A stretch of DNA of 62,026 nt, filler included, from Rhabdomonas costata (GCA_019059605.1; 26 parts of 26 records of this genome joined end to end with filler, not necessarily neighbours in it); one strand, 5' to 3'; positions 36,228 to 49,800 are shown, counted from the first letter of the whole stretch. The notes: generated by a model from the letters alone, not told the origin. Made by a program: numbers and translations.

Positions 36228-37783
36228 ATGGCTGAGGACTCACTCCTATCTTCCTGGAAGGAAGCAACAACTTCTTTCAACGAAATATTATCTCCAACTT
36301 CAGTGGTTGAGGCTCTGCAAAAGGTCCCATTTTCAATTTTGGGGTTCGGAATAGTTCGCACCGGTGTCTTCTTCTTTGAGCATGAACATGTTGCAATTTT
36401 TTGTTTTGTTTCATTCATGTGTGATAAAACCATGAGACGTTCCATTCTGTTTAAGCCTAGTTACAGCCCGAAATCGAGAACTTAGTCCGCAACGTTTCGA
36501 ACTGAAGTCTTTTGTGGCGTTTTTTTTTGCCGTTGTGGGCTTGGGTAGCTTGTGCTGTCATTCGTGAATACGCAAGGGTAAACTTTTGATTTACGGGCAT
36601 GGTATACTATGGTCCAGCGGGTCTGTAGGCCGCCCCGTGGCGCCACTGGGTGGCAAGGGGGCGCGTGGGGGTGGGGTAAAGGCTTCAGGCTTTTTAGCCT
36701 AGCTTGCGCAGCCCCACGCCAGCACCATTGTACAGCCCGCCCCCAGTTGTTGGGGGGGTCCCCTTTATTGCTGAGCCATAGTGTAGCCTGCTCTGCGTCA
36801 GTCCGTAACAAGTTTGTGGCATGCGAACCCGCACTTGTTTTGAGCATGGACCCGTGAAATTTGAACAAAAAGCAAAGAAAAGTGAGTTACTGTGTAGCCT
36901 GCTATATATTTGTATTCTTCTTCGTGTCGTGGTGTCGCGCGCAGCAACTGGAAGATGAAGGTCTCATGGGGCTGGACCTGCTTTCGATATTTACCAACCC
37001 GGACTTGGTTCATCGTTCTGTTGTGGGAAACTTGATCAATAGCGAAAAGTCAGGTATGTATTACCTGTGCTTCCCTCCTTTTCTTGAGATCCTTGCAGTA
37101 CTTCACTATCTTTACCATTGATCCTTGCAATGGAATTTCGCATCCCTCGGTTGCTCCAGATAATTGCGGCGTTTTGATTCGAAGACAAAAGGAAATGACC
37201 GCGAACCCCCCGCCCCGAAATGAAAACTGAGGGTTTTATTTTCCGAAACACGGACACGGACGCAACAACCACAGACACAATTGTGCAGCGAGTAGCCGAT
37301 TGCTCCTGCACTTTGTTTGCGAATATAGTTATAAAACGACTATGAAAAATACCCCAAACTTGCAAAAAGCAAAAATGAAGTGGTGGGCCAGCAAATTAGC
37401 CCTTTTGTCTTTGTTGATTTTCTGATAACGCAATGCCCGCAATGTTACAGTGCGTCATGTACGTTTTCGTGCCATTGGGAAAAGCGACTCACTTCCCCCT
37501 GCTGTCCCTGAACGTCAACACCACTGGCATCGTCCTCAGACTCTACTCATACCCTTCCTTTGCCTTGATGCCGTTTGGTGTGCTGGACGCGGATTCCCTC
37601 CGTCTGAGTCTTCCCCTGGTGGACAGTCACACCATGCTCCTTGTTGCAGGGCTGAAAGGCAACTTGGAAGTGCTCAGTCGTGTGGCTAAGGCCGTGGTTG
37701 CCGTCCTGCAGTTGAAGGCGGAGCAGCTCACGCTCGTCGCAAAGAAAAATGAAAAGTATGGAAAGGGTGGGGCTATCTCTTGA
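36228..37783 (+). CDS. Complete three-exon small hypothetical protein (112 aa); exons 36228-36323, 36945-37053, 37650-37783
   Basis: 96+109+134 = 339 nt with phase-compatible GT-AG junctions: MAEDSLLSSWKEATTSFNEILSPTSVVEALQK|QLEDEGLMGLDLLSIF...EKSG|LKGNLEVLSRVAKAVVAVLQLKAEQL...GAIS*. Confidence 0.7.
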
Positions 37784-38213
37784 CACCAAGTTCAATATGT
37801 TGTGTCCCAGAATTGGCGGGGTCTGCAGGGTGCGCCAGCCAAGACCCCATGCAAATAAAATTTTCTCCATCCGGACCAACTTGCCGCTAATTCCTGCCCT
37901 TGTTTTTTGGCTATTTTTTTTTCGTTGCTTTGCATGTTCAAAACTACGTTTATTGCATCCGTGGAATTGGGTCATATTTGGACTGATACATATTTCATCC
38001 ACTGATTGGTGCTGTGCGATTGTGGGAATCGAGTCGGTTGTTGCTTTCGTCACAATTACCCGCGAATTGTTCGCTCCTCGAAAGTTTTCTTGCCCCGACC
38101 CCCCCCCCCTTTTNNNNNNNNNNNNNNNNNNNNNNNNNNNNNNNNNNNNNNNNNNNNTTAATTAATTAANNNNNNNNNNNNNNNNNNNNNNNNNNNNNNN
38201 NNNNNNNNNNNNN

Positions 38214-40156
38214 GTGGGTGTGGGAGGGGGAGCGCGCCTGGCTGCGTTCGCTGGTCGGGGTCTCCGGGATCGGAGGCGCCGTGGGCGGCGGTGGCGCCAA
38301 CGCGGCCAGCTTGCTGGCGGACAGGGGCTGTGGTTGTTACGGCACGGAGGGAGGAGGGGAAGGAAGATGAAGGAAGGAGATTCACTGTGTGATTTCTTCT
38401 TCTTGGAGTGCTTTTTCGGAGGTGCACATCAACAGAATGCGCATCCAAAATATTTACCCTCCCCCACTGGTCAGAACCGACAGTGACTGGTTTGAGGGTT
38501 TTCGGTAGATTCCGTCACCAGCTGAGGCAGAGTAGAGGGCCAAAGAGTCCCCTCGACCTGCGGTTCCACCGCACCTCACTGGCCAGTGGTCAGGGGTTTT
38601 TCCCAAGCAGCGGCAGCAGCCCAAAGCGCCAACAGCCCTTAGGTTTCAAGCGGGACGTCCCAGCTCACACTTCATTATCCAACCCAAGCCGACGTTGGCC
38701 CACCCCACCAAACCCACACACCACAATCACTGTGTAGGCCACCAGTAACGCGAGCATGGGGTTGGGGTGAGTGGTGCTGATTTTCACAGTGGAGGGGTGG
38801 TTCGCCGCCTCCGCCGCAGGCGCCGTGGCCTCCGCGGTGAACCAAGGGATGTAGTTCCAGTACGACATCCGCGGCCACCCCGGCAGCTTCGTCACGCCCG
38901 CTGTGGGCGAGCCCGGCCCACCGTGGACCTGCACCTGGTACTCCACACCCTTCATCTCGTACTTCTGCACCGCTTCGTCCACAAAATCGAAGATCCCCTG
39001 ACATCCATGAGATCCCCCCCCCATCTCATCAAAACGAACCCACCATACAAAAGCGATGTGTGAATTTTTACCTCAACCCATGTGTCAGTCTAATCCCGAG
39101 AACAAAGAGGGCTTTTTTTGTCCGCGCCCCCCTCGCTTAACATGAGCCAGAACCTCTTTGATCACATGGAACTACCTGCAAGTACATTTTTTCATTCCCT
39201 TTCGCCCGTGCCCTCCTTTTGCCTTACTGGCATCCCCCCTTAGGTAAAACTCAGTTTCAGCCGAAGGCGCCTCCCTCCCGACAAAAAACAATCCAAGGGC
39301 CACCTAGCTCGCCTCCCTCCCTCGCCTCCAATTACATGGAATGGCATGCACGCAAAGACATCTTTTGAGTGAAGATGATGAACAACCCCCCCGAAATGGG
39401 AGAAACCGACAAGATACCGGTATTTATGATCGCACAGGTTTGTCACGCCATCATCAGGCTGAAGGGACACCCCATCGAGAATCGCACAAAGGGCGCCCCT
39501 TAATCAGGGGCCTTCGCAGGTTCACACTTAAGACAGGCAGAACAAAAGGACCCACACACGCAGATCAGCATACCGTGGCGGTGGCCGCGACCTCGGCCTT
39601 GGTGTCTTCCGCAGTGAGGCTAACCCTCTGCTGAGCCATGTACACCCCGCGGGGGTTCGGCGACGCCACCACGGACATCGCACTCTGCGGCAGCACCCCC
39701 TCGGGCACCCCCTCCGCGGTGCCCATCAGGGTGCTCCACAACGCCGGCTCGGAGGCCCGCGCGACCTAAGAAAACGGTCAGCAGGGAAGCCCAGGCAGAT
39801 GCGGGAGGGGTGGCAGTACAAGTCCACTATGCGACAATATGTGCACCATGGGGTTTCCGGGGTATCATAGTACCAAACGAGAGAGAATAGCCGGGGGCAG
39901 CGTTAATGCCCAGAGAGGTGGAAATGAGCAGGCGAAAGTGAGAGTGCCCAAGCAGAAGAGTAGCATCCGTAGCATCCCAAAGACAGATCACAAGCCAGCT
40001 GTCTGTCCCGTGTATTCCCACAACAACGGTAAGTCTGAGTTCGCAGGCCAACATGATTGGATATGACGGCATGGAACAGCTCAGGAGGAGTGGGAGGAGC
40101 TCCGGGCTCCGGAGGAGATTCACGTTGCGTTGCACGTCTGCGAGTTCTAGCTCCGC
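38214..40156 (-). CDS. Hypothetical protein, four internal exons (~40156-40051, ~39764-39573, ~38997-38731, ~38327-contig end)
   Basis: Phase-0 GT-AG chain ...ELFHAVISNH|VARASEPALWSTLMG...AATAT|GIFDFVDEAVQKYEMKGVEYQVQ...LLVAYT|PLSASKLAALAPPPP, with strong GC3 bias. Confidence 0.65.
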
Positions 40157-40659
40157 TGCACAAGTGAGTGTTGCAGGACCCTGCCAACAACCTAAAATAC
40201 CAAACAGACACGGAGCACATATACACATGATTGATATGATGGTTGCTACAGGTCAGCATTGCTAATGCAGTGCAGTAGTGATCACCTCACTGCCACCCCC
40301 CGGGGAAAAGGACATTTATGGGAAGCCCCACCTGTAACGAACAGCAAAAGAAAGAGGTGCTTCGCGAGAAAAAATGAGTTGATCGAATGTGGCTTGTCGT
40401 TGAAGGGCATGGGGCGAGGGAACGCTGCCTTCAATCGGACAACCAGTTTTTTTCGTTCGTTTGTAAAACAGTCACAAAGAGACCTCCCCAAACACCNNNN
40501 NNNNNNNNNNNNNNNNNNNNNNNNNNNNNNNNNNNNNNNNTTAATTAATTAANNNNNNNNNNNNNNNNNNNNNNNNNNNNNNNNNNNNNNNNNNNNTGCC
40601 CACTCCGGCTTCGTAAGCTCAAAGATCTCTGCTCCTCCCCGATACGCAGCAGCTGACAT

Positions 40660-41170
40660 CACAACCCTGATGTCAGAGAACCCTGGTATTCCGCCTTTGT
40701 CCCCTGCAACATGGAGATTTTATTCTCGTTACTGAGTGGGCATTCCTCTCATCCCTCATGACACACACCCGTGTCCAGGCTGCGGCATGCAGATGGACAG
40801 CTTCGAAGACCGCGCTCTGTCATGCTCAAGTCTCGGTCTGTACACCCGACACAATGACCCCTTACGAGCTTGCCGACCTTTGCCTCGAGGCGGGCTGCCA
40901 GGTCGATATCGAGTCAGGACCCCCAGGGCAACGGAAACGGCCAGGCGACGAGCTGATCCACGGGTTTTTTGACTCCCCAACTCCCCGCGGTGGATACATC
41001 CGCAGTGCACGCCTTGCATCCTTCGGAATAATTGGCGGATGTGCAAGCAGGAATTGTAGCGCGGAAGACGGAGTAAAGAAAGGCTCTAGAACGAGGGAGC
41101 GGGGGGCTCCGCGGCGTACAGATGCTGCTTGTAGCCTGCCTGTGTTACCCAGCAGCGGCCCAGCGTAATA
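40660..41170 (+). mobile_element. Decayed CRE/SLACS-like non-LTR retrotransposon, C-terminal zinc knuckle + restriction-like endonuclease
   Basis: RY*VGIPLIPHDTHPCPGCGMQMDSFEDRALSCSSLGLYTRHND, then after a frameshift LADLCLEAGCQVDIE...RKRPGDELIHGF. This is a CxxC...C...RHN knuckle and the RPxD RLE motif, with a stop and frameshifts. Confidence 0.8.
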
Positions 41171-44100
41171 TGGGCGCACACGCGCACATCCTGCTCTCCA
41201 CGCTGCAATGCGACGAGACAGTTTCACGGTCACCAGGTGGAACCCCCCCCCTTTGCGATACTACACATTGCATCGCTGTTTCAAGGGATGGAGAAGCATT
41301 GTCGGGGCTCTGTTTTTGGCGAGCGACAGGAGACGTCCAGCAGATTCCCCTCTTTACTGCCTCTTTTCTATTCCACCACCCGCGTTTATTGTGTGATTTT
41401 TCCCATTGCGAGCGGAAATTGAGAACGCCTAGCTGGTTTGTGTTTTCGGTCGTCGTTGGCTCTGACCAAGCTCGCAATGGTCAAGGGCCGCGGGCGCGAC
41501 GACCCAAAGCGAGCACAAAAAAAGAAGCCCCCGAAAAAGAGAAAAATAGGTAAAGCTCGATTAAAATACCCTTTTAGGGTCAATAATTTCACAGCTCGAA
41601 CCCTCCTTTCCCCCATTGGGTCCATGTTGACTTATTAGGTAGGCTGGGTGCCCCATTGTGAAACAACATTGACTGAATGGGCAAAGAGGGACTTGTATGT
41701 TTTGCACAGCAACGGCTAAATTTTCAAAATTGGCTTTTTCCAGCTAAAAGGGCCAAAATTAGTAATGGAGCGGTGGTTTATAGGCCAAAATTGATGTGGG
41801 GTAGCAATGACACAAATTACAGGAGGGTTCGCCTCGTCTTGGGGAGGGTAAGAGGAGTTCGGGCGATGGAGAGGCGAAAAGATTTCGAATTGTTGATAAT
41901 AACTGTGATAGGGCATTGTCTGACAGAAAAATCAATAGATCGGCAGTAAAAAGTGCGGTTTAATTGCCTGCGACGTCGCTTCGCTCCGTGCTAACCGCCC
42001 GCAGACGGAATATAACTGGTGGAAATGGCGGCATCCAATAACAAAGTACTAGCAGGTGAAACTCGACACTCAGGAAAAAATGTTAAACCAATGTCCAAAA
42101 GTCACAGAAAAACACTTTTTTTAAAATCGAGCTTTGTCAGCTCTCCATTTAAATGAATGATGAAGTGTGGGTTCCCCCATGGTTTGCAGCAGCCCCTTGT
42201 GTTTGCATCGGCCGTGCTTCGATGTGCGCGATAAATCAGAGCGCTAAGTGAACTGGAGGTCGCGTGGGCATCTTCTCCTTTTTAGTTGCGCGTTTACTTC
42301 AAGCCAAAGGCCTATGTGGCACGTCAGTACCCCACTGGCCCAAGAGTGGGGTTTTTGTGCAAGCACCCATAAACTGCGCACCAAGCGTACTCGAGTGTTC
42401 CAAAATCTGTCGTAGCGGCCTGTCAAATGCAGGGCTTTGATGCAGACGCGTGTCTGAGAAGGGCAGCGAAGTAGGCTGAAATGCCCGTGCTGCGTACTAA
42501 GGCACCCATAGGCTGCCCTTTTAGATTGAAGTTTTTCTCTTCTCTCCCTTTTCTCTCATCCACTCTGGAAGCACAAAATTGCACAAAAATCGTCAGTCTC
42601 GGACTGCATGTGGACTGCTGAATTCAAGCTTCGCGTTTTCGCAACGCCAAAAATCAGAAAAAGACATTCTGGGCAGCAAGTTTAACTCTTCCTGGATTCA
42701 GAGTCGTTTTTTTGTTCATCCCGTTGCGTTACCTCAAAATGACGTAGCTGTTCCTTCTGAAGGGAGCACCGGCGTGAGCAGCGATGACATCAACCGGAAA
42801 CTCCGAGACTGCCGCCCATGACTCTACCACGATAATGATGGGGACCCCTTCAGTAGCCGCTTCCTTTGGGATGGCTCGTGCCNNNNNNNNNNNNNNNNNN
42901 NNNNNNNNNNNNNNNNNNNNNNNNNNTTAATTAATTAANNNNNNNNNNNNNNNNNNNNNNNNNNNNNNNNNNNNNNNNNNNNGTTTTGGGGTGAGAGAGA
43001 GAGAGAGTGTGTGTGTGTGTGTGTGTGACAGAGTGAGAATGTTGGGTGAATATTGCCACGCTCCCACTAAGGGACTGTTTTTGCTGGCCCAGTCAGATTG
43101 GCCCAAGGAGGTATGGTTGCTCTTGGATGTCCTGATAACGTAGTAAAACAAACACTATCGTCTTTTTTGACTTCACTATCACCAGAGAGGGGGGGGAGCA
43201 GGTCAAGCCCACTGAAGCCACAGTAAAAATGAGAAGGGCGTCGTCAGTAAAAGTCACGACCAAAACCGCGAGAATAAATAACCACACTCATCGCACATCG
43301 CTCTTCCGAAAAACGGTCTGCACCGGATGGGGAAACAGAGGCCTCCATTCAACAGTGCTGAGGGAGGAGTTGACAGCGACACACGCATCAGATCGAGCCA
43401 AAGAGCTTCCCAGCACGAAGAGCTCCGTGTAACCGTCCCCAAAATAGTCTATAGTTTGTGCCAATGTGCAGAGTCCCGAAGTCCACGAAGATGCAAAGGT
43501 CACGATAACAACCCTATAGTAACCAAAGGTAAGGGGATACTGATACCAGGGTTGCACAAACCTCAAGTTCAACGTGGACCAAAAAAGTTCAATTCAATTC
43601 AAGGTCACCCAGTTCAAAATTCAATCCGTTTCATCCAGTGGCTCTTACCGGTATACAATGTGAACGGCGTGGTATCGGAGGATGGCTTACCCCGTGCGCT
43701 AGTGAGCCTGCTGGGCTGCTGCTTCGGAGAATGTGCGGCTGGTGGCCGCCAGGCTGCTGAAGGAACTGAAGGTACTGAAGCAGCTGTGCGTGGAGGTGAA
43801 GGCTGCACTGATGGGCCGCAGTTTGCGGTGGAGGACTGCGGTCCGCTGGGAGAAACACCTTTCACGGAAGCGATCCTCAGCCCAGCAACCATCCCTGGGG
43901 ACCGTGTGGGGCAAAGCAGTGGCGGTTCTTTGCCTGCGTGTTTCCCGCGGTTCCAAGGTCATGCAATCTGCCGAAACTGGCAAGAGCTGGCGTGCTGCGT
44001 GGACTACTGGCTGGGCTGGGCTGGGCTGCAAGCTGATGCGGTACGCGTTGGAGGCGTTCCGGCCTCCATTTGTCAGGCGTACGTTTTTTTTGGGGTTACC

Positions 44101-45370
44101 CGACGCTTCGCTGGTACCACACCTTCGGGTGCGGGAGCCCCGATGGGTTGCCTACCAAAAGAGATGCGGGTGGTGCTCCAATCCAGCGGGCAGAGCTGCG
44201 AGGCAGCTGTGATGAGGCACTGTGAAAAGCCCGCCTTAGGTGGGCGGGGGAAAGGGGTGACTTTTTTGTATAGTTCTTGTGTGTGGACCCTGGACAGAAA
44301 CTGACTGCACGTGACGCTCTTCATTGTTGCTGTAATGTTCAGGTTTGTTTCGCTGACGAAGTCCCCCTTTGTTTTCTTGTCTTAGCGAGCATTGCGCGGG
44401 TGAAAGCTCGAAAACAAACACACTTCAGAAAAGTCCAAAGTTCAGAGTCCAATGCAACGCTGAATGAACAGGCGAGTATTGCCAAAAAATTCCCCTGGCG
44501 CAACCACACCTCTGTAAAGAGGTACTGCAAGGTGCAGGCAAGGCTTTGATAACCTCAAACAAAGCAACAGAAAGGAGAACAAGCAACACGGCCATGGATT
44601 TCAAAAACCTGCGTTGAAGAATAAAGTGACTTATTTTCCCGCTCCCAAATGTCCGTTTCCTGGTGCCCACCATTTTTTTTCCATCCTCATTCCCAAACGT
44701 CGCACAAACGCACTTGCATGCCTTCAACCCACGCCGACTGACGAAGATTGGACGTGCAAAAATAACACGATAGTAAACAGTGTCCTTTCATTGTGATCCT
44801 TCACAGCTTTACAGAAAGAAAGCACAAAAATATTTTTACTTTTGGTTAAGATATGGGGCCATCATTGAGGTGGTGACTCCCCCCCGGGCCTTATCCGATA
44901 AACGCGTAAACATGTATTCTGCGTTTTATCGTCTTTGTTTCCTTTGCGTTTAGTTTTCCTCTGCAGAACTCTCTCGCGTTCCAACTTGTAAATTGCTTGT
45001 TTTTGGTGTTGCACCCCCGAGTTGCACCCCCGACTCTTTACACTCGTGCGCCTGTGCCTCAGTGCCGTGATGTGCCCGGGAGTTTGTTTTTTATCATCAG
45101 ATCTCAGCCGGTAGCCAGAAGAGAAGGAGAGGCATGGAGGAAAGAAACGTAACCAAATAAACAGGAAAAAGGTGGAAACAGCATCCTAACATAACCATGC
45201 CAATCAGACATCAACACCATAGCTACCACCATTCCACCATACCATACCACCATATCTATCAACCATACANNNNNNNNNNNNNNNNNNNNNNNNNNNNNNN
45301 NNNNNNNNNNNNNTTAATTAATTAANNNNNNNNNNNNNNNNNNNNNNNNNNNNNNNNNNNNNNNNNNNNG

Positions 45371-45545
45371 TTGGAGGTTCCGGTGAGAAAATGGGAATCT
45401 GTATCAATAGATTTCGTAACAATGCCTGACACCGAGTGGTTGTTCAAAGGGAGTCCGATTCCTACGAACGAGATTCTGACGGTCACGTACAGAGCAATTA
45501 AGAGGGTAGTGTTGGTTCCATGCCCAAAGGATCTTGGGCCCAGCC
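45371..45545 (+). mobile_element. Ty3/gypsy-like LTR retrotransposon integrase fragment
   Basis: LEVPVRKWESVSIDFVTMP...NEILTVTYRAIKRVVLVPC matches the gypsy rve N-terminus (LP.P.RPWE.VS.DF.T.LP...ILVVVDRL.K..HLIPC). It is truncated by the opposite-strand element. Confidence 0.75.
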
Positions 45546-46830
45546 ATGCCATGACCAGACCCTTAAGTTCAAGGCGCGTGGTCCTTTGGGAAGCATATGC
45601 GGGAACAGCCGGTCGGCGGGTACTAGTTCAGGAAGCTGCTGGAAGCGGCGTTCCTTCATTGACAAGATGTTTCCTTCTTCGCAGATGGCACTCCTTGTCG
45701 CTTTGAGTACACTGTGTCCGCGTGCGGGAATTCCCGATCCCGAACATTTGGTCCGGTGATTTCGGTGTCGCTCTGGACTCCGCAATGGTGGCAGCATGTC
45801 CCTTCTTCGATGCAAGGGAGGCCAAGCAGCCATGCCAGGGCTGCGCGGAACTGACTGGGCGCCATAGATACCCAGGGATTAGATCCAGTGATCCAGCTGG
45901 TCGCGTGCGGGGACTGAAGAGACAGCAGGCGTTCCTTGGCGTCCTTCATCAAGCTTGCGAATAATTGTGCTTTGGTTGACTCGTGGAGCTCGAGTGTCAA
46001 GACGTGCTGGAGGTGAGGCTCGGGTTGTGGCACGGACGGCTTTGTTTTCCCGCACTGCTGCGCATAGAATAGCGCGGCTCTAGCAATTTCCGCTTTCAGC
46101 ATGATTGGGTTATTGTGCTTCTGTAAAAGGTGGTCACCGTTGCTTATGAGCATCGCCAGGCGTGCGGACACCGTTACCCTGGGGTACTGATGCCCAGTCC
46201 GCCGTGTTTTATGCCGAGGCTGGCCTGCAGGCGTGCTGTCGGGGTGAACTGAAGCCTGATGATGGTCTGGAGCGTGTCCGTGCCCTCGTCTAGCATCAGT
46301 GTTATCGTTAATTCCGGCCACCCATCGCTTGGTATTGCCTGTGCGATGTGCTGAATCCGACGGGGACCAAGGCAGGCGTTGAGAATTTCCGGTGTCTTGC
46401 GGAGGAACTGCACGGCCATGCGCCGGACCGCGTATGAGAGCCGCGTCGGAAGCATGGTCGGGACCAGATGTCAGCGGCGCCCCCGGGTAGGTGGATTCTG
46501 GTGGATTGAGGGCTCTTGACTGAGGCCCGGTGGATCAGGATCAGGACCTTCGTAGTACAGCTTGCCCTGGCGCGCTTTGGTGTCCAGCCCGATCGTGCAG
46601 CCTCCTGAGGTAGAGAAAAGCGCGTTCTACTCCTCGAGGTTCGGCGTTGAGCACCCAGTTGTCCATTTACCATGGGTCGCGGCCCGCTCCTTCCAGGCCG
46701 AGGCCAAGGAGAATGACAGTGACTTCGCAGCTGACGGGTGTATTGCTGATTTGGCCAAAGCAGACATAACCGGTCCCCCCGGCAAGCCAGGCAGGAGGTA
46801 AGAATACCCACAACCGACGGCCATCTAGAG
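45546..46830 (-). mobile_element. Decayed CRE/SLACS-like non-LTR retrotransposon (degenerate RT, thumb, zinc knuckle, RLE)
   Basis: Across frameshifts: GGPVMSALAKSAIHP (cf. QGDPL.P.LF...IHP), W*MDNW (cf. YLDD), QASLGIKHGGLGI, RLLSLQSPHATSWI...FRAALAWLLGLP...CHHCG, NHRTKCSGSG...RGHS and ERRFQQLPELVPADRLFP...ALNLRV. Confidence 0.82.
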
Positions 46831-49800
46831 GCACGACCACCCAAGGAATTAGGAGCTACGGAATTGTTCCCGAAGCATGGTTGGAGTGTGACGCGTCAGA
46901 CCCTGGAAAGCCCGCACGCGGCGGGAAACTTGGCGGCGCACATGGGCATACGGCCCGCGACGCGCAAGCCAGGCAGCGGTCTGCAGGCGGAACGCGTGTA
47001 TTACGGCCAAATTAGGAACGAAGGAGAAAGCCCAGGCAAAAATTCCGATAACACCGTGTTCCTTATGAATCCCGCCTGTGGCGTTAATGTGGAACCAAAC
47101 CGCCGCCGGTCCAAAAAGCGAACAAATGTTGGAATTGTAGTCAAATGATGCTTGATAGCTGCCTTTTTCTGTGGTGGTTGCTTTTTCTCTTTTGTCGCAA
47201 GGGTTACCGAACAAAGAAGCCACGACTTCGACGAGCTTAGACGAGTAATTGAACAGCAAAAGACGGAATCTTGATTCCAATTGGGTAATTCGACCGTTAC
47301 ATCGTCACATCGTTTCGGTAGCGTTGATTGGCACTTCCCTCAAGCAAAACGCCATCATTGAGGGTAATAACACGGAACGTAGCAGCAGCAAAACCGTCAG
47401 CAAGACTGAAAGACAGAACAAAACAGCCAAAATCAGTACCGAAAGAATACATCCACCTCCCCGAGAAGAAGAACAAGGAATGGTTCAACCACTCCGCATA
47501 AAGGGAGTGGCGACAACGAAAGGTGCCGAAGAATCTTCAGCGACAGCGGCAGGGGCTGCAAACCAATCGTCATTCACCTGATAACCAGCCCCCAGAATTT
47601 CAATTGCCTCGCTCAGCATTCAGATGCCAGTGCCAGAGTATAACAAAAACCCCCCNNNNNNNNNNNNNNNNNNNNNNNNNNNNNNNNNNNNNNNNNNNNT
47701 TAATTAATTAANNNNNNNNNNNNNNNNNNNNNNNNNNNNNNNNNNNNNNNNNNNNGGTGCCAGCATGAAGTACTCCTGGGCTCTACCCATAGAGATGCTA
47801 AACAAGCCCGGCCGAAAGCTTAGGTGAAAGGAGGAGGTGCGTGGTTGTGTGTGTGTGGGTGGGTGGGTGCGAATAAAACCACATGTCCAACAGCTGCACG
47901 CTGTACGCTCTATGCCGGCTCGACTTTGATGCGTGCGGTTGAAGGGCAATTTCTGAGCAGGAGCACTTTCGATTTCTCGTTTCCGCAACCCGAAAAAGAG
48001 GGTATACGTGATACTTATTTTTCTTGGTGGGGTGGGGGGAAGGGGAATGGAATAGTTTCTTCCACCCGTTTGACGCTTCGAAGGCGGGTTCTCACTTGAA
48101 GGCATTGGTTGGTTGCTTTTCACACTTGTCACTTGCGTCCTCAGTCGTATGCTCACAGTCATATGCACGTGCATTCTTTCTCGTTTTTGTTTCCGCTGTT
48201 GGGTGCAGCTCGCGGACGCGGTGGTGACCTCGCTGCGGTCCTTGCCGCGGTCGCCCTTCTCCATTCGCGAGGCCCACGTAGCTGGGGTCCGGCGGTGCCT
48301 TCTGGGGATGGTGCGGCTTTGGGCGGCGCAATCCCAACCTGACGGTGCCTCCAGTGACGCTGCTGTTGTTACTACTGCCGTGGGGGGAGCGATACTGCCC
48401 GTTTGAGGTGGTTTCGCTCGACAGTGCCCTGCGAAGAGGACCACAGTCCGTACACAAGGCGGTGCCGAACTTTTCAGAGCAATAGGGGATTGAGTGCTTA
48501 ACCTTGCTGGTTGACTTCAAGGCCGAGGGTTGAACCACACAGGCATGGTTTGTTTCGAAGATTTGGATCGAAGAATTGGTTTGGAACTACTCTTCGCTCA
48601 CCAAGATGTTGGCCGTGCCACCTTAAAAGTGAATTTTTTTTGAAATGTGATCTAAAGGAGGCGTTTTTGCCAAACAAGATTTATTTCCTAGGAAAAGAGT
48701 GTGTTGTGGAATATGTTTTTTAAAGGTTGCATTTGAGCAGCATGGTTGTAGGATGGGAGCAGGTAACTTTGCAAACGGCGCACTGAAAAGGCACCAAGTG
48801 ACGTGTTTCTCTCGTGGCCCTCGACTTTGTGGGGTGCATCAGGAATTTTTCAGCCTTTTTTTGGACATTAAAACCTGATGAGAGTCATCCCATCTCGTCT
48901 TGGAGGTTCCATCAGTTTTGCAGAATTATCGCTTCGGCTGTAAATCTCACTTTTGACATGACGCGGGCCATATTTAATGACGAGCGCAGTGTGTAGCCTC
49001 AGAAACCCTTGTGTGTTTAGGTGACGGACAATCAGCCTCGAGGCAGAGGAAGCACAGGATCGAACGATTTGAAAGAAAACTGCAAAATTGGGTTTTTGGT
49101 TTTTGGAAAAAATGTAAATTACAAATCTTAATAGAATCTCACTGGGCTACCCGGAATCAAACGGTTCAAATGGTTCGAGGCGAAATGGTGAGTCCTGAGT
49201 TGAACCAGCGCACCCCGCAGCAGATTGCATCAGACAAGGCGCGGCGCGAGGCATTCGGGGAGCGTGCGCAGAACGCGAATTGCTAATTAAAACAGAGTCC
49301 AGTTGGGGATACCGAATGAAGATTTTGTTTTTGCCGCTTCGCCAATGTCAGTCTTCTTCCGGTTGATTACAGTCTTTCAGCGTCTCAGTGGTGTTGCTTT
49401 AAGAGCTTGGATAAGCTCAGTTGAAGTTGCCATCTACCTAATGGATGGCCTCAACGAGAGACAGAGATTGTGTATGCATGTATAAACAGGCGTGATGGCA
49501 GATCTGTGTGCACATTTGTCAATTGTCGTAGAGTTTGTCCTTTGTGTTTATTTTTCTGGAACGCTCTTCGACCTTTCCCTTTTCGTGGGCACGAGCTGTG
49601 GGGCAATGTCGGTAGCCCCAGCATTTACCGAGGTTATACCGGACTTGGTGGACGCCCAGTGGCGCTTTGGAGGTATGTAGGTCCTCCACTGCTGGTCATT
49701 CCAGGTACGCGGTCACGAAAATGTATGGTTTTCTCATCCTTGCCCCGTCTCATCGTAGCTGTTGTTAGCCGTTTTTTTTTACATCCCTCAGCATTATTTT

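Noticed and set aside
43327..44304. 325-aa ORF (and overlapping 159-aa ORF)
   Set aside because: The GC-rich part (~43640-44080) is probably an exon, but I could not determine the frame or any family, so it is not reported as a feature.
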